The notes beneath the pieces are model-generated. The model saw only the letters and a program-made list of their open reading frames with translations. It had not been told where the DNA came from and searched no databases. Of a DNA stretch of 64,000 nucleotides, positions 59,820 through 64,000 are shown one piece after another. The DNA comes from Bacilli bacterium (GTDB lineage Bacteria; Bacillota_I; Bacilli_A; RF39; UBA660), in the NCBI GenBank assembly GCA_017435485.1, contig JAFSEY010000011.1, positions 3,442-67,441 on the forward strand, given 5' to 3'. Both the position numbers and the translations under genes were made by a program. How positions within the stretch are numbered: position 1 is the stretch's first letter; the number at the start of each line of letters is the position of its first letter.

Positions 59820-59940
59820 TGTATGGCTGCTTAGATGTGCGAGGTTGCTGATACACTAGGTGACGTTGATTAAACAATATCTAGAAATCAGGTAATTCGT
59901 GCGGAGCGAGTCTATACTAGATATAGGCGAAAGGAGGACA
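59820..59940 (+). ncRNA. Conserved Bacillota rpsJ (S10 operon) 5' leader RNA
   Basis: GC-elevated ~125-nt leader containing GAGGTTGCTGATACAC and GCGGAG...GTCTA...TAGGCGAAAGGAGG, elements I recall from Bacillota rpsJ leaders. Confidence 0.6.
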
Positions 59941-59947
59941 TATAATT

Positions 59948-60256
59948 ATGTCAAAAAACAAAGTTCGTATTAACTTAGCTGCATATGACCATAGAATGTT
60001 AGATGTAGCTTGCGGAAAGATCGTAGAAACAGTTAAAAGAACTGGGGGAGTTGTTTCTGGACCTGTACCACTACCAACTGAAATTCAAAAATTTACAGTA
60101 TTAAAAGCGGTACACAAATATAAAGATTCAAGAGAACAATTTGAAATGCGTACGCATAAAAGATTGATCGATATAAAAGATCCGTCTAAAGAAACAATTG
60201 ATGCTTTAACTCACTTAGACATTCCAAGTGGTGTTGACATCGACATTAAATTATAA
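59948..60256 (+). CDS. rpsJ: 30S ribosomal protein S10
   Basis: [28 protein letters not shown]. Confidence 0.98.
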   Translation: MSKNKVRINLAAYDHRMLDVACGKIVETVKRTGGVVSGPVPLPTEIQKFTVLKAVHKYKDSREQFEMRTHKRLIDIKDPSKETIDALTHLDIPSGVDIDIKL

Positions 60257-60278
60257 TTAAAAGGAAGGAAAAAGAAAA

Positions 60279-61049
60279 ATGAAAGGAATCTTAGGACGCA
60301 AAGCTGGAATGACTCAAGTTTTTACTAAAGAAGGTAAATTAATTCCTGTAACTGTTGTTGAAGTACAACCAAACGTAGTTATGCAAGTAAAAACTGTTGA
60401 AACTGACGGATATAACGCAGTACAGTTAGGCGTATTTGACAAAAAAGAAAAAAATAGCAGCAAGCCAAGTATTGGGCATGCAAAAAAAGCAAACACAACA
60501 CCTAAGCGCTTCTTAAAAGAAATAAGAAATTTAGAAGGGTCTTACAATTTAGGAGATACTATTGACGCTGGTGTGTTCGAAGTTGGAGAAGTTGTAGACG
60601 TAACAGGAACTTCAAAAGGAAAAGGCTTCGAAGGAACTATCAAAAGACATAACCAACATCGTGGACCAATGACTCATGGATCTCGTTATCACAGAGGACC
60701 AGGTTCTCTAGGAACAATGTTACCTAAAAGAGTATTAAAAGGTAAAAATCTTCCTGGACACATGGGACATGAAACAATCACTATTCAAAATCTAGAAATT
60801 ATCGAAGCAAATGCTGCTGAAGGATACATTTTAGTAAGCGGAAATATTCCAGGGCCAAAGAAATCATTAGTGTTAATCAAAAGTGCAGTGAAAAATTCTC
60901 GTAAAGCTGATGCGAAAGAAATCATCTCTTACGAAGAAGAAACTGTAGTTGATGAAGTAGTTGAAGAAGTGGTAGAAACTGCTGGAGTAGAAGCTACTGA
61001 AAACGTAGAAGTAACTGCTAATGAAAATACTGAAGGAGAAAACGCATAG
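60279..61049 (+). CDS. rplC: 50S ribosomal protein L3 (acidic C-terminal extension)
   Basis: [26 protein letters not shown]. Confidence 0.98.
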   Translation: MKGILGRKAGMTQVFTKEGKLIPVTVVEVQPNVVMQVKTVETDGYNAVQLGVFDKKEKNSSKPSIGHAKKANTTPKRFLKEIRNLEGSYNLGDTIDAGVFEVGEVVDVTGTSKGKGFEGTIKRHNQHRGPMTHGSRYHRGPGSLGTMLPKRVLKGKNLPGHMGHETITIQNLEIIEANAAEGYILVSGNIPGPKKSLVLIKSAVKNSRKADAKEIISYEEETVVDEVVEEVVETAGVEATENVEVTANENTEGENA

Positions 61050-61073
61050 TCGTCTTCTAGAAAGGTAAGTATT

Positions 61074-61697
61074 ATGACAAAGATAAGTGTTAAAAACATT
61101 AAAAACGAAAAAGTTCAAGATTTAACATTAACTGATAGTGTTTGGAATGTTGAAGTAAATAATGATTGTTTAAAGAAAATGATTAAATTACAATTAGCTG
61201 CTCAAAGACAAGGGACAGCTAAGACTAAAACTAGAGCAGAAGTATCTGGTGGCGGTAAAAAACCTTGGAAACAAAAAGGAACTGGTAGAGCTAGAGCTGG
61301 TTCTAACAGAAGTCCAATTTGGCGTGGAGGCGGAGTTGTATTCGGAGTTACTCCAAGAGACTATGCTTTCAAAATAAATAAGAAAGAGAGAGAATTAGCT
61401 TTAAAAAGTGCTTTATCACTTAAAGCTCAAAATAAAGAATTAATAGTTTTAGATACTATTAAAATGGCTGATTTAAAAACAAAAGAATTAAAATCAATGA
61501 TTGAATCATTAGATTTAAATGGAAAAGTATTATTCGTGACTGCTGAAGATAATGAAAACTTATATATGGCTAGTCGTAACTTAGGATATGCTTATGTAGT
61601 ATTAGCTAATGAAATCAATTGCTATGATTTAGTAAATGCTGATTACCTAGTATGTGATCTAGAAGCAGTAAAATATATTGAGGAGGTGCTTAAATAA
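61074..61697 (+). CDS. rplD: 50S ribosomal protein L4
   Basis: EVSGGGKKPWKQKGTGRARAGS. Confidence 0.98.
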   Translation: MTKISVKNIKNEKVQDLTLTDSVWNVEVNNDCLKKMIKLQLAAQRQGTAKTKTRAEVSGGGKKPWKQKGTGRARAGSNRSPIWRGGGVVFGVTPRDYAFKINKKERELALKSALSLKAQNKELIVLDTIKMADLKTKELKSMIESLDLNGKVLFVTAEDNENLYMASRNLGYAYVVLANEINCYDLVNADYLVCDLEAVKYIEEVLK

Positions 61698-61972
61698 TGA
61701 AAGATTATACTGATATTATTATTGCACCAGTTATTACTGAAAAATCTGCAACAAATGCTCAAAACAATGTTTATACATTCAAAGTAGCAAAAAGCGCAGC
61801 TAAAAATGAAATTAAATGGGCTGTTGAAAAAGCATTCAACGTTCATGTTGTTAAAGTTAATACTTTAAACACAAAAGCAAAAGATAAAAGAGTTGGCAGA
61901 TATACTGGCCAAACAAAAACTTATAAGAAAGCAATCGTTACTCTAAAAGATGGCGAAACGATTGAAATATAG
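61697..61972 (+). CDS. rplW: 50S ribosomal protein L23
   Basis: PVITEKS, KKAIVTL; S10 operon order. Confidence 0.97.
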   Translation: MKDYTDIIIAPVITEKSATNAQNNVYTFKVAKSAAKNEIKWAVEKAFNVHVVKVNTLNTKAKDKRVGRYTGQTKTYKKAIVTLKDGETIEI

Positions 61973-61987
61973 ACAGGAGTTAATGGT

Positions 61988-62818
61988 ATGGCAATAAAGA
62001 AATACAAATCTACGACAAATGGTCGTAGGGGAATGTCTACTTTAATAAATGAAGAAATTACTACAAGCACTCCAACTAAATCACTTTTAAAGAGTACTTC
62101 AAAAAGTGGTGGAAGAAATAACCAAGGTAAAATGACTGTTAGACATATCGGTGGAGGAGCAAAAAGAAAATACCGTATTATTGATTATAAAAGAAATAAA
62201 TTTGGTGTTACTGGAAAAGTTGCTACAATCGAATATGATCCAAACAGAACTTCTAATATCGCTTTAATCAACTATAGAGATGGTGAAAAAAGATATATCA
62301 TCGCTCCTAAAGGATTAAAAGTAGGAATGATTATTGAAGCTGGAGAAAAAGTAGATATTAAAGTTGGTAATGCATTACCACTTGCTAATATTCCAGTTGG
62401 TACAGTTGTTCACTGTATAGAATTAAAACCTGGAAAAGGTGCTGAAATTTGCCGTAGTGCTGGATCTAGTGCTCAAATACTAGGACGTGAAGGCAAATAT
62501 GTAATGTTAAGATTACAATCAGGCGAAACAAGAAAAGTATTAGGAACTTGTATGGCTACAATTGGAACAGTTGGAAACGAAGATTACTCTTTAGTAAATC
62601 TTGGTAAAGCTGGACGTAAACGTCATATGGGTATTCGTCCAACAAACCGTGGATCTGTAATGAACCCTAATGACCATCCACATGGTGGTGGAGAAGGACG
62701 TGCGCCAATCGGACGCAAAGGGCCTCTTACTCCTTGGGGTAAACCTGCACTTGGATTTAAAACTAGAAAAAATAAGAAAGCTTCTGACAAGTTAATTGTT
62801 AGTAAGAAGAAAAAATAG
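61988..62818 (+). CDS. rplB: 50S ribosomal protein L2
   Basis: [26 protein letters not shown]. Confidence 0.98.
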   Translation: MAIKKYKSTTNGRRGMSTLINEEITTSTPTKSLLKSTSKSGGRNNQGKMTVRHIGGGAKRKYRIIDYKRNKFGVTGKVATIEYDPNRTSNIALINYRDGEKRYIIAPKGLKVGMIIEAGEKVDIKVGNALPLANIPVGTVVHCIELKPGKGAEICRSAGSSAQILGREGKYVMLRLQSGETRKVLGTCMATIGTVGNEDYSLVNLGKAGRKRHMGIRPTNRGSVMNPNDHPHGGGEGRAPIGRKGPLTPWGKPALGFKTRKNKKASDKLIVSKKKK

Positions 62819-62827
62819 GAGGTTATT

Positions 62828-63091
62828 ATGGCAAGAAGTTTAAAAAAAGGACCTTACGTATTTGATAGATTATTAAAAAAGGTTCAAACTTTAAATGAAA
62901 ATAATAAAAAAGAAGTTGTAAAAACTTGGTCAAGACGTTCGACAATCTATCCTGATTTCGTTGGACATACAATCGCAGTTCATAACGGAAAAGAATTTAT
63001 CCCAGTATATGTTACTGAAGATATGGTAGGACATAAACTTGGAGAATTCGCGCCAACTCGTAAATTTGGCGGACATGCGGGACAAAAGTAG
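62828..63091 (+). CDS. rpsS: 30S ribosomal protein S19
   Basis: [24 protein letters not shown]. Confidence 0.98.
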   Translation: MARSLKKGPYVFDRLLKKVQTLNENNKKEVVKTWSRRSTIYPDFVGHTIAVHNGKEFIPVYVTEDMVGHKLGEFAPTRKFGGHAGQK

Positions 63092-63101
63092 GAGGTAAAA
63101 T

Positions 63102-63458
63102 ATGGAAAGTTATGCAATACATAAAACCGCTATTATAGCACCTCGTAAAGCTCGTATGACTTTAGATCTTATTAGAGGAAAAAAAGCTTCTGTAGCTATG
63201 GGTATTTTAGAAAATACTAATACAAAAGCTAGTCGCTTAATCCAAAAAGTGTTAAAGTCTGCAATCGCTAACGCTGTTAATAACCAAAATGCAAAAGAAG
63301 ATGAACTATTTGTATCAGAATGTTTTATAAATCCAGGACCAACATTAAAAAGAATTAAATTCGCTAGCCGCGGAAATGTTGATAGAAGAGACAAAAGAAC
63401 TAGTCACATTACTGTAAAAGTAAGTGATGGAAAAGCAAATGAGAAAGGAGCAGAATAA
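63102..63458 (+). CDS. rplV: 50S ribosomal protein L22
   Basis: PRKAR...[19 protein letters not shown]. Confidence 0.97.
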   Translation: MESYAIHKTAIIAPRKARMTLDLIRGKKASVAMGILENTNTKASRLIQKVLKSAIANAVNNQNAKEDELFVSECFINPGPTLKRIKFASRGNVDRRDKRTSHITVKVSDGKANEKGAE

Positions 63459-64000
63459 TGGGACAAAAAGTCAATCCAATAGGTTATAGAATTGGAGTTA
63501 ATAAAGACTGGGAATCTAAATGGTATGCTAAAAAAGATTATGCTGACAATTTAAATAAAGATTTAAAAATCAGAGATTATTTAAGCAAAAATCTTAAAGA
63601 AGCAAGCATTGCATCCGTTCTTATTGAAAGAAAAAAGGGAAGAGTTGATATAACTATCCACACTGCTAAACCAGGAGTAATCATTGGTCGTGGTGGAGAA
63701 GATATCGAAAAATTACGTAACTCTATCCGTAAATTAGTAAACGAAGACGTATATGTAAATATCGTTGAAGTTAAAAATCCTGATTTGAATGCTCAATTAG
63801 TAGCAGATCAAATTGCTGCTCAAATTGCAGCACGTGCTCCATTCAGAAGCGCTCAAAAAAGAGCTATCAGAAATACAATGAAAGCTGGAGCTAAAGGAAT
63901 TAAAACGAGTGTATCTGGAAGATTAGGTGGAGCAGAAATGGCTCGTACAGAAGGATACACAGAAGGAACAGTGCCTCTACATACAATTAGAGCCGATGTT
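63458..64000 (+). CDS. rpsC: 30S ribosomal protein S3, 3'-truncated by the window edge
   Basis: [43 protein letters not shown]. Confidence 0.97.
   Translation, partial: MGQKVNPIGYRIGVNKDWESKWYAKKDYADNLNKDLKIRDYLSKNLKEASIASVLIERKKGRVDITIHTAKPGVIIGRGGEDIEKLRNSIRKLVNEDVYVNIVEVKNPDLNAQLVADQIAAQIAARAPFRSAQKRAIRNTMKAGAKGIKTSVSGRLGGAEMARTEGYTEGTVPLHTIRADV

Noticed and set aside
370-63394. Short minus-strand ORFs in the track lying opposite long genes (e.g. 1347-1817, 9024-9272, 24803-25063, 54520-54831, 63110-63394) and plus-strand 21309-21509
   Set aside because: Antisense shadows of well-supported genes, with no RBS or recognisable motifs.
1-64000. Mollicute genetic code (TGA=Trp), tRNA or rRNA genes
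   Set aside because: Many genes end properly at TGA and Trp is encoded by TGG; no cloverleaf or rRNA-like GC-rich segment was seen.

Overview
Very AT-rich chromosomal segment of a Bacilli-type (Bacillota) bacterium using the standard code (TGA = stop). It carries peptidoglycan and endospore genes (spo0A, spoIIR, gerQ) and a Bacillus-like housekeeping backbone: rsmG-noc, argS-rpoE-prfA-prmC-spoIIR, ftsEX, whiA, clpP, gap/pgk/tpiA/gpmI and the S10 ribosomal operon. The compact gene style suggests an uncultured RF39-like lineage, but that is inference only. The outstanding feature is a 22.3-kb head-to-tail array of 24 intact but strongly diverged ~300-aa paralogs (plus at least one decayed copy) inserted between gap and pgk. 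They share motifs of a class I SAM-dependent transferase fold that align by eye with the DUF3419/BtaA family. The array is split into about six sub-operons by its own sigmaA-type promoters and shows signs of block duplication and junction recombination. Other notable items: a minimal type VII secretion locus (essC-yukD/esaB-two WXG100, without essA/essB/esaA); a second orphan paralog triplet, in a block whose first gene follows a promoter with a G9 tract between -35 and -10 (possible phase variation); a single-NBD Clp-like ATPase flanked by a duplicated 28-bp terminator; a 10-bp-phased run of 0A-box-like heptamers before spo0A; and an ORF missing from the track, with no canonical start codon, upstream of argS. 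All calls come from reading motifs by eye; no searches were run.
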